Assembly (NCBI GenBank): GCA_964464175.1
Contig: CAYXFD010000014.1
Span: 5,035 to 69,034, forward strand
DNA length: 64,000 bases
Direction of reading: 5' to 3'
Source: an uncultured Candidatus Cloacimonadota bacterium
Lineage (GTDB): Bacteria; Cloacimonadota; Cloacimonadia; Cloacimonadales; JAJBBL01
Below, one piece after another: positions 43,981-54,642 of this stretch. The notes under the pieces are model-generated. The model was not told the DNA's origin and ran no database searches. It saw only the letters and a list, made by a program, of their open reading frames with translations. The position numbers were made by a program, and so were the translations under genes. Numbering within the stretch: the first letter of the stretch is position 1; every line of letters begins with the position of its first letter.

Positions 43981-45039
43981 CTAATTTGTATTTATATAGA
44001 GTTTAATTGACTCGGTTTTCCCTCTTACCTTGAGTTCATTGTAATAACTGAATTGTGAAAAGGTATCTCTGTTAGCTCGGGCAAGAGTAGCTTCTGAGAT
44101 CAAGAGCCGGTTTACAGGACTCAGTTTTTCGATCCGGGCTGCTGTATTTACTGCATCTCCGATAACTGTCAGATCCTTTCTGTTAACGGTACCTATATCT
44201 CCTTGGATTACGGTTCCGCTGTTAATTCCTATTCTGATGTTGATCCCCTCTTTACCTTTTTCCTGCAACCGCTTATTTAGTGAAACCAAACCTTCATTAA
44301 TGATCTTCAAAGCACTATTTATCGCATCGTTAGCATCAGTAAATATTGCCATAACTGCGTCACCGATGTACTTATCAATATCTCCGAAACATTCCCTGGT
44401 GATAACATCGCAGATCTCAAAAAGACTGTTCAACATCTCCACTGTCTCTTCCGGCTCATTTTGTTCGGTAAAGGCAGTAAAGCCGACAACATCGATATAC
44501 ATAATTGTTACATCGATCTGCTGGGATTTGATGGCAGTGTTCTCATCTTTGATCTGGATTCTGACTTCATCATAAGTCTTATTGGATACATATCTTTTGA
44601 TCAGGTTAGTGAACTTTTCCTGCAAGATCCTATAGTTTTCCTGGGATGAAATATCACGAAAGACCTCAATAGCACCGGCAATACGGCCATCATCATCATA
44701 GATAGCCGAGATATGGGTTTCTACCGGAAATCTCTTCCCGTTTTTATGCTTAGGATATACCTTAGCACTGATCGGTTTACCGTCAGACATAACTTTGACA
44801 ATGGGACAGTTATTCTGACAGAGCAGCACTCCGTTCTCATCAATATGATTCAAAATATTCTCTGAACAGCGGCACCCTTTAACTTCCTCAGATCTGAAGC
44901 CGGTAAGGTCTTCACTCCCTTTGTTCCAAAAGATTATCTCTCTCTTTTCATCAACTATATAAACTCCATCAAAGAGATGGTTAAGAGTCAGATCAAAAAT
45001 CTTATCATCACTTATCTGTTGAGCGATTTGATTTTTCAT
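43981..45039 (-). CDS. PAS-domain class III adenylate cyclase
   Basis: PAS/PAC N-terminus; IDVVGFT, DKYIGDAVMA, RIGINSG, TVIGDAVNTAARIE; Lys/Thr specificity residues indicate ATP. Confidence 0.9.
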   Translation of the reverse strand: MKNQIAQQISDDKIFDLTLNHLFDGVYIVDEKREIIFWNKGSEDLTGFRSEEVKGCRCSENILNHIDENGVLLCQNNCPIVKVMSDGKPISAKVYPKHKNGKRFPVETHISAIYDDDGRIAGAIEVFRDISSQENYRILQEKFTNLIKRYVSNKTYDEVRIQIKDENTAIKSQQIDVTIMYIDVVGFTAFTEQNEPEETVEMLNSLFEICDVITRECFGDIDKYIGDAVMAIFTDANDAINSALKIINEGLVSLNKRLQEKGKEGINIRIGINSGTVIQGDIGTVNRKDLTVIGDAVNTAARIEKLSPVNRLLISEATLARANRDTFSQFSYYNELKVRGKTESIKLYINTN

Positions 45040-45530
45040 AGGCTACTCCTTAATCATAGGATAAAAAATTGCATTCAGAGATTTTTGTCAAGAGACAAAG
45101 CGATAAAAAAGGTCTCGTTTGTTTGACAGCACAACTCTTCTTCGTCTCCCTAACTGAGAACGATGATGGTTTTTTTCACTTCAACTTGGGAAGAAGTATT
45201 AACTGACGACAGATTTATCCCGGTTATGGTAACTAAAGGAGTCTATTCATAACAAAATCAGGCTACAATTAACCTCTCTTTCTTCGCAGTCATGGCAGAG
45301 TAAGCGACTTTCTCCGGTATATTTTCTTTCTTTATAATATTAGGTTAGCAGAGGGAAAGAGCTGAGTCGGCTGGAGAAGTCTTAGCTGGTTCACTATGCT
45401 AACCTTGAGATATGATAGGTTTTCATGATGGCAGAGAACAGTCTCAACGATTGAGTAATAGATAAAAAGAATAATTCATTTGACAGAAAAGTGCTGACTT
45501 TTCATCCATCAAAGAAAAAATGGATAAACT

Positions 45531-46490
45531 ATGATAGAGATTCTATTCTTCATCGTCGGGTTTGTTTTTTTGGTCAAGGGTGCTGATTTACTCGTTGACG
45601 GCTCATATTTTGTGGCAAGGCATCTCCGGATTTCTGAGTTGGCAATCGGACTGACAGTAGTAGCTTTTGGTACTTCTCTTCCCGAATTGGTGGTTAATCT
45701 CTCAGCAAGTTTCCGGGGAGCTTCCGACTTAGCGATTGGGAATGTCTTTGGCAGCAACATTGCCAATGTTCTGCTGATACTGGGCGTGAGTGCCATTCTC
45801 TGCCCTTTGCCCTTGCAGAAAAAGACAATTGTCTCCGAGATACCCTTTACCCTGATCGCTGCCTTGTTAGTAGGTTTCCTGGCCAATGCTGCCCTGTTCA
45901 ATGATGAAAAGACCATGCTTCTCAGCCGCTGGGACGGACTTATTCTTCTTTTCTTTTTTGGCCTATATTTGGTTTATATTGTCAAAACTGCCAAGGAAAA
46001 TGAAGATACCCTTTATGATAAAGAGGTCAAGACACTCAATCTAAAAAAATCAGTTATCTACATCATTCTCGGAGTTATCGGTCTGTTTCTCGGAGGTAAA
46101 TGGATCGTTGACGGTGCGGTTTATATTGCCGGCATTCTAGATTTGAGTGAAGGTTTTATCGGCTTAACAGTCGTAGCTATAGGAACTTCATTACCGGAAC
46201 TCGTAACTTCGGTAACGGCTGCAATGAAGGGAAACATTGATATCTCCATCGGTAATATCATCGGCTCTAACATCTTCAACCTTCTCTGGGTATTGGCGAT
46301 CAGTTCAATCATAAAACCTCTCCCTTTTTCCGGAATAAACAACATTGATATCATTATTATGGTCTTTTCCTGCACTTTGATAATCATTGCTATGGCTACC
46401 GGTGTGAGAAATGCCATTGACCGTAAAAACGGCTTTCTCTTTCTGGTCATCTATTTTGCTTATCTGATATATCTCTTTTACCGTGGTTGA
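45531..46490 (+). CDS. Calcium/sodium:proton antiporter (YrbG family)
   Basis: Two GTSLPE...GN..GSN alpha repeats; about 10 TM helices. Confidence 0.93.
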   Translation: MIEILFFIVGFVFLVKGADLLVDGSYFVARHLRISELAIGLTVVAFGTSLPELVVNLSASFRGASDLAIGNVFGSNIANVLLILGVSAILCPLPLQKKTIVSEIPFTLIAALLVGFLANAALFNDEKTMLLSRWDGLILLFFFGLYLVYIVKTAKENEDTLYDKEVKTLNLKKSVIYIILGVIGLFLGGKWIVDGAVYIAGILDLSEGFIGLTVVAIGTSLPELVTSVTAAMKGNIDISIGNIIGSNIFNLLWVLAISSIIKPLPFSGINNIDIIIMVFSCTLIIIAMATGVRNAIDRKNGFLFLVIYFAYLIYLFYRG

Positions 46491-46555
46491 TGGAGCGGGA
46501 AAGAGATATCTGTTTTTTGCTTGCAATTCAACTAAAAGAATATTAAGATCTCGGT

Positions 46556-47650
46556 ATGAAAAACAAGAGTAGAGTAGCTGTCGGATTGAGTGGTGGAATT
46601 GATTCTGCCATGACTGCTTATCTCTTATTGAAAGAAGGATACGATGTTATCGGACTCACCATGTCAACCTGGGATGAGAGTTATACCTCGCAACAGCCTC
46701 TCAGGAGCGGTTGTTTTGGTCCGGGAGAGAGCGAAGACATTGAATCGGCAGAACGGATCTGCCGTTCTTTTCGGATTCCCCATTATGTGGTGGACTTGAA
46801 GACGGAATACAGGGAGACCGTACTTGACTATTTTCAGGGTGTTTATCTTTCAGGAGAGACTCCCAATCCCTGTGTGGTTTGCAACAGAGAGATTAAATTT
46901 TCCCAGCTTCCCGAAAAAGCAAGAGAGATGGGACTGAATTTCGATCTGTTTGCCACGGGGCATTATTCCCGGAGGATTTTGCACGAGGGTAAGTATTATA
47001 TAGCTAAAGGTGTTGATAACCAAAAAGATCAATCATATTTTCTTTGCCGCCTGGATCAGTCTGTTTTAAGAAGAATACTTCTTCCGCTCGGTAACTACCA
47101 GAAGAAAGAGATAAAGGAAATCGCCCAACAAGAGGGATTTCATGATCTCAGCAAAAGAAAAGAGAGTCAGGATTTCATCGAATCGGAAGATTATGGCTTC
47201 ATTTTCGGGGAGAAAGGAAGAGATCCGGGGGATATTGTTGATGGGAATGGTAATATTATTGGAACGCATAAAGGGATAATCTACTATACAGTGGGACAAA
47301 GAAGAGGATTGAATCTTTCGGGTCTTCCGGAACCATATTATGTCCTCGGAATTGATCCCTGCAGCAACAAGATCATTGCAGGAGAAAAAGAGAAACTGTT
47401 CAAGAGAAAATTAATTGCCGGCAAAGTAATCTGGGTCGATGATAAGGAGAGAGATGAACCTCTGTTTCTGGAAGCGAAGATCAGGCTCCAACACCAGCCG
47501 GCAAGTTGTGAAATTATTCCCCAGGGTAAGGACAGATGCGAAGTGAACTTTGATGAACCTCAATTATCGATAACCCCCGGTCAGATAGTTGCTTTTTATG
47601 ATAAGGAGCGGGTAATCGGGAGTGGAGTAATTTCAAAAGAGCAGTGCTGA
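46556..47650 (+). CDS. mnmA: tRNA 2-thiouridine(34) synthase
   Basis: SGGIDS PP-loop; TPNPCVVCN; ATGHY; KDQSYFL; YTVGQRRG; ITPGQ. Confidence 0.95.
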   Translation: MKNKSRVAVGLSGGIDSAMTAYLLLKEGYDVIGLTMSTWDESYTSQQPLRSGCFGPGESEDIESAERICRSFRIPHYVVDLKTEYRETVLDYFQGVYLSGETPNPCVVCNREIKFSQLPEKAREMGLNFDLFATGHYSRRILHEGKYYIAKGVDNQKDQSYFLCRLDQSVLRRILLPLGNYQKKEIKEIAQQEGFHDLSKRKESQDFIESEDYGFIFGEKGRDPGDIVDGNGNIIGTHKGIIYYTVGQRRGLNLSGLPEPYYVLGIDPCSNKIIAGEKEKLFKRKLIAGKVIWVDDKERDEPLFLEAKIRLQHQPASCEIIPQGKDRCEVNFDEPQLSITPGQIVAFYDKERVIGSGVISKEQC

Positions 47651-47700
47651 TACTCTTCTCACTACTTAAAGTAGAAACTTAGATAGATGGAGTTAATTAG

Positions 47701-48750
47701 TTGAAAAAAAAAGAGATAGTTGAATTACTAAGCTTGAAAGAACCTGAAGCTGTCAGGAGTTTATATGAACGGGCGTATGCAACGAAGTTAAAGACTGTAG
47801 GTAATAAGGTCTATTTCCGGGGCATCATTGAGTACAGCAACATTTGTACAAAGAATTGTTATTATTGTGGAATTAGACGGGAAAATCAGAAAAACAGCAG
47901 ATACGAGATGAGCAGTAAAGAGGTTATTGAGGCAGGTCTTTGGGCATTCGAGAACAGATATGGTTCAGTGGTCATTCAATCGGGAGAGCGAAACGATAAA
48001 CAGTTTGTTGATAAAATCAAGGGGATTATCAAAGAGTTAAAAACACTAACCTCCGGGAAACTCGGCATTACCCTATCATTGGGCGAACAAAGCAGGGAAG
48101 TTTTCGAAGAATGGTATGTTGCCGGTGCCCACAGATACCTGCTTCGGATTGAAACCACCAATCCGGAACTTTACAGTAAATGTCATCCCTCTGATCATTC
48201 AATGCTGAAGAGATTGGATTGTCTCCGGATCTTAAAAGAGATCGGCTATCAGACCGGTACCGGAGTTATGATCGGATTACCCGGGCAGACCTTGTCTCAT
48301 CTTGCTGATGATATCCTCTTTTTCCGGGATTTTGATATAGACATGATCGGTATGGGACCTTATGTCATTCATCAGGAGACACCTTTTTCCAGATACAAGG
48401 ACAAGGTCGATCATGAAGAAAACCTCCAATTGTCTTTGAAGATGATTGCGATTACCAGGTTGATTATGCCTGACATCAACATAGCATCGACAACCGCTTT
48501 GCAGGCGATCAATCCTCAGGGGCGGGAGATGGGTTTAAAGGCAGGAGCCAATATCATTATGCCTGTAATAACCGATATTAAATACCGGAAATCTTATCAA
48601 TTATATAACAACAAGCCCTGTCTTGACGAGAATTCTGATATGTGTAAAAGCTGTTTAGAGGGGAGAATAGCGACTATCGGAGAAGAGATCGGATACAGTG
48701 AGTGGGGGGACTCGCCTCATTTCACCGGCAGAAAGAACGATAAGGTCTAA
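47701..48750 (+). CDS. hydE: [FeFe]-hydrogenase H-cluster radical SAM maturase HydE
   Basis: RGIIEYSNICTKNCYYC radical SAM motif; RYLLRIET; GTGVMIGLPGQ; C-terminal YQLY and CX7CX2C. Confidence 0.85.
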   Translation: MKKKEIVELLSLKEPEAVRSLYERAYATKLKTVGNKVYFRGIIEYSNICTKNCYYCGIRRENQKNSRYEMSSKEVIEAGLWAFENRYGSVVIQSGERNDKQFVDKIKGIIKELKTLTSGKLGITLSLGEQSREVFEEWYVAGAHRYLLRIETTNPELYSKCHPSDHSMLKRLDCLRILKEIGYQTGTGVMIGLPGQTLSHLADDILFFRDFDIDMIGMGPYVIHQETPFSRYKDKVDHEENLQLSLKMIAITRLIMPDINIASTTALQAINPQGREMGLKAGANIIMPVITDIKYRKSYQLYNNKPCLDENSDMCKSCLEGRIATIGEEIGYSEWGDSPHFTGRKNDKV

Positions 48751-48821
48751 AAGAAATCAGTTTTACCGGTTTTTTTCTTGTTAAGTTTGTTTTGCTCTGG
48801 GGAGTTTAGTTTTCAGGGAGG

Positions 48822-50636
48822 TCATTTTTGGAGCTCTTGGATGATGAGCCTGGCAGTTTTGCTGCCGATCCCCTTAACAACTTGTAACTCCTCTTCCGAA
48901 GCTTTCTTCAGATTCTCAACCGAACCAAAATGCTTCAGTAGAAGAAATTTCGTACTCTTTCCAATACCTTTTATGGCATCCAGTTCACTCTTAATAGTAC
49001 GGGAAGACCTTCGTTTACGATGAAAGCTGATCGCAAAGCGATGTGCTTCATCGCGTATATTCACTAATAATCTCAAAGCGGAAGAGGAACGAGGGAGGAA
49101 AACCGGCTCTGATCTGTCCGACAGATATACCTCTTCTAACCTTTTTGCTAAAGATATCAGAGCAATTTCGGGATAATTCTTCATAATTGTCAGTACGGAG
49201 TGCAATTGTCCCTTTCCGCCATCTACGATCAGCAGGTCAGGTTTTACCTCCTCCGTAATCCGGGCAAAATACCGATCCAGCGTCTCTCTCATTGCAGCAT
49301 AATCATCCTGCCCCTGAACAGATTTGATAATGAAGTGCCTGTATTCCCGTTTCAGGGGTTTGCCGTTAGTAAAGTAAACAATCGCGGCAACCGTATCACT
49401 GCCCTGAATTGTGGAGATATCGAGACAGATTATCTTTCGGGGTAACCTGGGTAAAGAGAGTTTCTCCTTCAGCTCCTGGATCGGAAAGACAGTCCTGCTC
49501 GCTTTCCGCAGATGACTCAATCGTATCGTTTCCATGAAATTGAAAGCATTTTTGGCAGCTACCTTGATCAGAAATCTGTTTTCACCCCTCTGAGGGATGT
49601 GCAGCTTATTTTTGAGCCATTTATTAAGACTCTCATAGTCATCCGGTTCTTCCGCTAAGAGTATTTTTTGGGGTAGTTCCTGCAGTTTTTCAGAATAGTA
49701 TTGATTGAGGAAAGCAGCTAAGATCTCCGGGATGTTAGCCTCTTCGGGACTGTTCAGGCGGTAGTTTTCTTTATTGAGTAGTTTCCCCCCGATAATTTTC
49801 AGAACTGTTACAACTACCAGATTTCCCTCTTTAGAGACTGCTATAATATCCCTGTCCTGCTCATCATGAAAATAGCTTGTTTTTGATTTCTGGATTCTTT
49901 CGAACATCTTGATCTGATCCCTTGTTTGAGCAGCTTTTTCATACTCCCTTTTTTCACTCTGCTCGGTCATTTCCTGCCGGAGGAGATCGATGATTTCCCG
50001 GTTTTTGCCGCTTAAGTAAGAGATCACCTTAGCAACTGATTTATTGTATTCTGCTTCACTTATCTTTCCGATACAGGGGGCAGGACATTTCCCTAACTGA
50101 TAATTAAAACAGGGTCTGTCATAACCGGATTTATCTAATCTTATCGTCCTCTTGCACGTTCGTAGCGGAAGCTGCCATTCGATAAAGCGTAAGGTCTTTT
50201 TTATAGCAGTTGCATCGGTGTAGGGACCGAAGTATTTGGATCCGTCTTTGGCCTTTTCCCGATCTATCAATACTCTTGGGAACGCTTCCTGGACTGTAAT
50301 TTTGATAAAGGGGTACTGCTTGTCATCTTTTAAGGCGACGTTGTAGGGGGGACGGTGTTGTTTGATCAGGTTGGCTTCAAGTATATAGGCTTCATCTTCG
50401 GTCGGTGTCAGAATATACTCGAAATCGGCAACCTGGCTCACCATCCGGTGTATACGTTTTTGATAGCTGTCATCGAGTTTGAGTTTTCCGGTGAAATATG
50501 ATTTAATCCGGTTTTTCAGAACAAGTGCCTTGCCGATATAGAGGATCTTACCGCTACGGTCTTTCATAATATAGACGCCGGGTGAAGCGGGAAGAAGTTT
50601 CAGCTTCTTTTTCAGGAACGGCGGAATTTTTTCCAT
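48822..50636 (-). CDS. uvrC: Excinuclease ABC subunit C
   Basis: GIY-YIG (PGVY...YIGKA), UVR domain, DISTIQG, VDGGKGQ, RDEAHRFA, HhH. Confidence 0.97.
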   Translation of the reverse strand: MEKIPPFLKKKLKLLPASPGVYIMKDRSGKILYIGKALVLKNRIKSYFTGKLKLDDSYQKRIHRMVSQVADFEYILTPTEDEAYILEANLIKQHRPPYNVALKDDKQYPFIKITVQEAFPRVLIDREKAKDGSKYFGPYTDATAIKKTLRFIEWQLPLRTCKRTIRLDKSGYDRPCFNYQLGKCPAPCIGKISEAEYNKSVAKVISYLSGKNREIIDLLRQEMTEQSEKREYEKAAQTRDQIKMFERIQKSKTSYFHDEQDRDIIAVSKEGNLVVVTVLKIIGGKLLNKENYRLNSPEEANIPEILAAFLNQYYSEKLQELPQKILLAEEPDDYESLNKWLKNKLHIPQRGENRFLIKVAAKNAFNFMETIRLSHLRKASRTVFPIQELKEKLSLPRLPRKIICLDISTIQGSDTVAAIVYFTNGKPLKREYRHFIIKSVQGQDDYAAMRETLDRYFARITEEVKPDLLIVDGGKGQLHSVLTIMKNYPEIALISLAKRLEEVYLSDRSEPVFLPRSSSALRLLVNIRDEAHRFAISFHRKRRSSRTIKSELDAIKGIGKSTKFLLLKHFGSVENLKKASEEELQVVKGIGSKTARLIIQELQK

Positions 50637-52174
50637 AAGATCTCTTTAATGTTGTTTATATATTCAACCCTGAGCAGATAGGTACCGAGAAAATAAAACA
50701 GAGCAGCAGCAATAAAAAAGATGCTTAGTTTAAGGAGTAAGCCGGTTATTCCCAATACTTCGAAATGACTGCTGGTGAAACGGATCCCCAGGTAGAGAAG
50801 AGAACTCATCAAGATAATCTTCCAAAGATTGTGGTTAAGATTCAGGATTGATAGTTCCGGCATCTTTTTTTTCAATACGGTCAGTAAGATGATAAAGTGC
50901 ACCAGAGCAGACAGAGAAGAAGCCAAAGCCAAACCGGCATGCTGCAAAAACTGCATAAGAATGACATTTAGAATAATATTCAGCATTACTATCAAAGCAG
51001 ATATTTTGACAGGTGTCTTAGTGTCTTTATTAGCATAAAATAGCGGGATCAGCGTCCGGGTTAAACTATAGAAGACAAGTCCGAACGAATAGAACACAAG
51101 GGCACGATAAGTCATGTCCAGGGCAAATTGATCAAATGCTCCCCGCATAAAGAGCAGTCGGATAATATCTTTTCCCAGAGTAACCGAGATTACTGTAATG
51201 GGAAGCATCAGATAGACCAGAGTGATGATACTGAAGCGGAGTGTTTCGGATAGATTCTTCCAATCCTTAGCAGCTGTATAGCGGGAAAACATGGGTAAGA
51301 CAGCAGAGCTTGCCGAGATACCGATTATTCCCAGGGGGAGCTGCATCAGCCTGTTACCGTACTGCAATGCTGCGATACTGCCGGAGATCAGGAAAGATGC
51401 CAGAATAAGATCTACAGCCAGATTAATCTCTCTGATCGCTAATCCTACCACTCCCGGGATAAACCGTCGCCAGAGATTATTAAGAGCCTCTCCTTTTAAA
51501 CTCAGGTTCAAACGGAGCTGATAACCGATCTTTTTTAGCAAGGGAAGGTTTACGGCAGTCTGTAAGACACCACCAAAGAGAACTCCCAGGGCGAGAACTA
51601 CTGCCTGTTCTTCCAGGTCAGCCTGCTGAACAAGAGAGAAAATCACTAAAAACATGATCATTCCGAGATTGAGAAATGCCGAAGACAAGCCGGGCAGGAA
51701 GAAATAATCATGAGAGTTGAGGATTGAAATCAGAGTTGAAGACAATCCGATCAGCAGGAGATACGGGAACATGATCCGCGTCAGTCTAACCGTTATCTGG
51801 TAACTCTGAGTATCGAAACCGGGAGCCAATAACCTGGTTATGACGGGGGCAAAGATTATTCCCAGTAGAGTCAGCAGTGTTAGAAAAAGGGTTAGCAGAG
51901 AGAGCATATTCAGAGCGAAACGGATCTGTTCCTGCCGCCCCTTCTTGACCTCTATTTCATTGTAAATCGGGATGAAAGCAGCTGATAAAGCCCCTTCTCC
52001 GAATAGTTTCCTCAAAAGATTAGGTATCTGGTAACCAACCTGAAAAGCATCCGCAACGTAAGAAGCTCCGAAGAATCCGGCAAAGATCATGTCTCTTGCC
52101 AAGCCTAAAAAGCGGCTGATTAAAACAGCTATGGACATCGACCCGATATTCTTTGCCAAGACCTTTGTAGCCAT
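50612..52174 (-). CDS. murJ: Lipid II flippase MurJ/MviN
   Basis: SRFLGLARD, IPNLLRKLFGEGALSAAFIP, RLMQLPLG; overlaps the uvrC start by 25 bp. Confidence 0.95.
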   Translation of the reverse strand: MATKVLAKNIGSMSIAVLISRFLGLARDMIFAGFFGASYVADAFQVGYQIPNLLRKLFGEGALSAAFIPIYNEIEVKKGRQEQIRFALNMLSLLTLFLTLLTLLGIIFAPVITRLLAPGFDTQSYQITVRLTRIMFPYLLLIGLSSTLISILNSHDYFFLPGLSSAFLNLGMIMFLVIFSLVQQADLEEQAVVLALGVLFGGVLQTAVNLPLLKKIGYQLRLNLSLKGEALNNLWRRFIPGVVGLAIREINLAVDLILASFLISGSIAALQYGNRLMQLPLGIIGISASSAVLPMFSRYTAAKDWKNLSETLRFSIITLVYLMLPITVISVTLGKDIIRLLFMRGAFDQFALDMTYRALVFYSFGLVFYSLTRTLIPLFYANKDTKTPVKISALIVMLNIILNVILMQFLQHAGLALASSLSALVHFIILLTVLKKKMPELSILNLNHNLWKIILMSSLLYLGIRFTSSHFEVLGITGLLLKLSIFFIAAALFYFLGTYLLRVEYINNIKEILWKKFRRS

Positions 52175-52400
52175 ATTTTGTTACTCTCTATTGGTCACCA
52201 GAAACAGAGCCTCTTTTTCAGAGATACCAGAGGTGAGTTTATTATTCACTTCATTATCAAAACCATAAAACCTGAATTCAATCATTACAGAGGGAGCAGT
52301 ATCAGATGGGTTAATAAAACTGACGTATAGAGAAAAAAGAGGTATCCAGGGCTAATATCCGGGGCTGAAAATCCTCAGGAATCATATTGCTATCAAACAA

Positions 52401-53255
52401 TCAACTGATTTCAATGTTATCTATCAGCCTTGTTCCAGCGAAAAACGCGGCTAAAACTACCCGGCACCCTGAAGTAAGAGAGGATAGATCTTCCAGAGTA
52501 TTACTGTCAATGACCGAGATATAATCGATCTCGCCCCCCTTCGCTTCGATCATTTCCTGCATTGTTGAGATAAGGCGGGAACTATCTCTTTCCCCCTGCC
52601 GGTAAAGCTGTTGTGCCAGGAGCAGTGATTGGTACAAAGAAGAAGCATCTTCCCGCGTCTTTGGTGATAGATAACTGTTCCGGGAGCTCATCGCCAGTCC
52701 ATTGGCTTCTCTTATTGTTGGACAGCGGACGAGATGTACCGGTAAGTCCAGATCAGAAAGCATCCTTTCTAAGATAACTACCTGCTGATAATCTTTCTCA
52801 CCCATGAACATCAGATCGGGAATAATAATATTCAACAGTTTCAGGACAATTGTGGCTACACCCTGAAAATGTCCGGGACGGCTTTTACCACATAATCTAT
52901 CTTCCAGTCCGCTCACCTTCACCCAGGTTAGGTGCTCCTGATCATACATTCTATCATTAGCAGGAATGAAAACTATATCCGCTTGATATTTGCCCAGGAG
53001 CTTGAGATCATTCCTACTGTCCCGGGGGTAACGGGAAAAATCTTCTCCCTGAGAGAATTGAGCCGGATTGACATAAATACTCACTACAACAATATCGGTT
53101 AGCTCTTTGGCTTTTTTTACCAGCTGCAGATGACCGGCATGAAGATAACCCATTGTCGGAACAAAACCAACAGTTTTTCCGCTTTTTCGAAGATGAGCTA
53201 TTTTCTCCCGGGCAGCTTCTTTCCCTGTTAAAACTTTAGGAGCAAAGGATTTCAT
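52401..53255 (-). CDS. panC: Pantoate-beta-alanine ligase
   Basis: VPTMGYLHAGH, YVNPAQF, RPGHFQGV, GEKDYQQ, GLAMSSRN, RLIDN. Confidence 0.97.
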   Translation of the reverse strand: MKSFAPKVLTGKEAAREKIAHLRKSGKTVGFVPTMGYLHAGHLQLVKKAKELTDIVVVSIYVNPAQFSQGEDFSRYPRDSRNDLKLLGKYQADIVFIPANDRMYDQEHLTWVKVSGLEDRLCGKSRPGHFQGVATIVLKLLNIIIPDLMFMGEKDYQQVVILERMLSDLDLPVHLVRCPTIREANGLAMSSRNSYLSPKTREDASSLYQSLLLAQQLYRQGERDSSRLISTMQEMIEAKGGEIDYISVIDSNTLEDLSSLTSGCRVVLAAFFAGTRLIDNIEIS

Positions 53256-53608
53256 AGTCTTTGTTCGATCTTATTGTTCTTATCGAGAATGAGTATTTCC
53301 GGTTGAAAGTTCGCAGCCTCTTTCTCGTCAAGAATACCGTAAGCTGCAATAATTATCTGATCTCCGGGATAGGCTAAGCGTGCTGCAGCACCGTTGACCC
53401 CGATAATCCCACTCCCTTTTTCTCCTTCTATAGCGTAAGTAGCAAAACGAGCGCCATTACTCATATTATAAACCTCGATTCTCTCATGCGGCTTGATTCC
53501 GGATTCTTCCAGCAGGTTCATATCTATCGTCAAACTACCCATATAATCGAGTTTAGTCTCTTTTACGGTTGCCCGGTGTATCTTGGCGATCAGGAAAGTT
53601 CTTAGCAT
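53252..53608 (-). CDS. panD: Aspartate 1-decarboxylase
   Basis: KIHRATV, YMG/SLTID autocleavage site, NGARFATY, NGAAARL. Confidence 0.97.
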   Translation of the reverse strand: MLRTFLIAKIHRATVKETKLDYMGSLTIDMNLLEESGIKPHERIEVYNMSNGARFATYAIEGEKGSGIIGVNGAAARLAYPGDQIIIAAYGILDEKEAANFQPEILILDKNNKIEQRL

Positions 53609-53988
53609 TAATCCTCCAATTATTGTCTTTTTTTCAATAATTTTCCGGCCGTCAGAATTGTAAACTTATTTCTCTCTTCTCTCCTTTAACAAAGCGATGT
53701 TATCAACTATTCAATCTCAACAGTTGAGAAAAACCTTTCTTACAAGACTCTGAAGCCACTGATAAAGCTCTATTCCGTCAGTTGTTTCTTTGAGAAAAGC
53801 TGTTTCAGAGAGGATTATCAGCAAAAAGACAGGTTTTAAGGGTTATGGATTATTATTTCAGGTTATTGTTTGCTCAGCGCAAGATACAAGATAACAAATC
53901 ATAAGATAGCAGGAGAGAAATGATTTCAGATGCAACAGAGAAGAAATCGAACTTGACATAAAACAATTTGGAGAAAAGTCTTACCGCT

Positions 53989-54525
53989 ATGAAAATAAGG
54001 GAAAAAAGTTACGAAGGGGTCAATTTTTGTCTGCAATGCGGAGCAATGATGGTGTTTTCTCATGATCATGAAGAAAAGTTGCGTAAGCGTTGCCCGGAGT
54101 GCGGCTGGACATACTACAAGAATCCGGTTCCGGCAGTAGCCTGTGTCGTGCTTAATGAGAAGAGAGAGATTTTGATCATCAAACGGTTAGTCGAGCCGCA
54201 GAAGGGATTGTGGGCTTTGCCGAGCGGTTATATCGAGATTAATCAGAGTCCGGAAGAGGCGGCGGTAGATGAGTTGGCAGAAGAGACCGGATTTGAGGGG
54301 AGAGTGGCGAGCTTTGTAGGTTATTATGACGGTACTTCACCGATTTATGAGAAGGTGCTCTCACTCGGTTTTTTTCTGGAGATAACTGGTGGAAAGCTGG
54401 AAGCAGGAGATGATGCAGAAGAGGCAAAATTTGTCCCTCTTTCTGAGTTACCGGAATTAGCATTTTCAGCTCATGAATTTTTTGTTGCTAAGATCAAGGA
54501 AGAGTTCGTCAAGAATCAGGAATAA
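53989..54525 (+). CDS. Zinc-ribbon NUDIX hydrolase (probable start ATG 53989)
   Basis: FCLQCG...CPECG...YKNP; PSGYIE...A..ELAEETG Nudix box; AGDDA. Confidence 0.88.
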   Translation: MKIREKSYEGVNFCLQCGAMMVFSHDHEEKLRKRCPECGWTYYKNPVPAVACVVLNEKREILIIKRLVEPQKGLWALPSGYIEINQSPEEAAVDELAEETGFEGRVASFVGYYDGTSPIYEKVLSLGFFLEITGGKLEAGDDAEEAKFVPLSELPELAFSAHEFFVAKIKEEFVKNQE

Positions 54526-54642
54526 GTGGAAAAGAGTTGGACTGAATATTTTTGATTGTGAGAGATTATGGGAGAGAGTGAACGTTTTTATAGCTGCAAA
54601 CTAAAGCAAATAAACTGATAAACAAGGGAGTAATTAAGGAAG

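Noticed and set aside
53700-53815. Imperfect inverted repeats in the panD-NUDIX divergent gap
   Set aside because: Stems are short and AT-rich with no clear second copy or known motif, so they cannot be distinguished from chance
54526-54642. T-box leaders for valS, thrS or leuS
   Set aside because: No GGTGGNACC T-box motif or terminator/antiterminator pair; the thrS and valS leaders are too short
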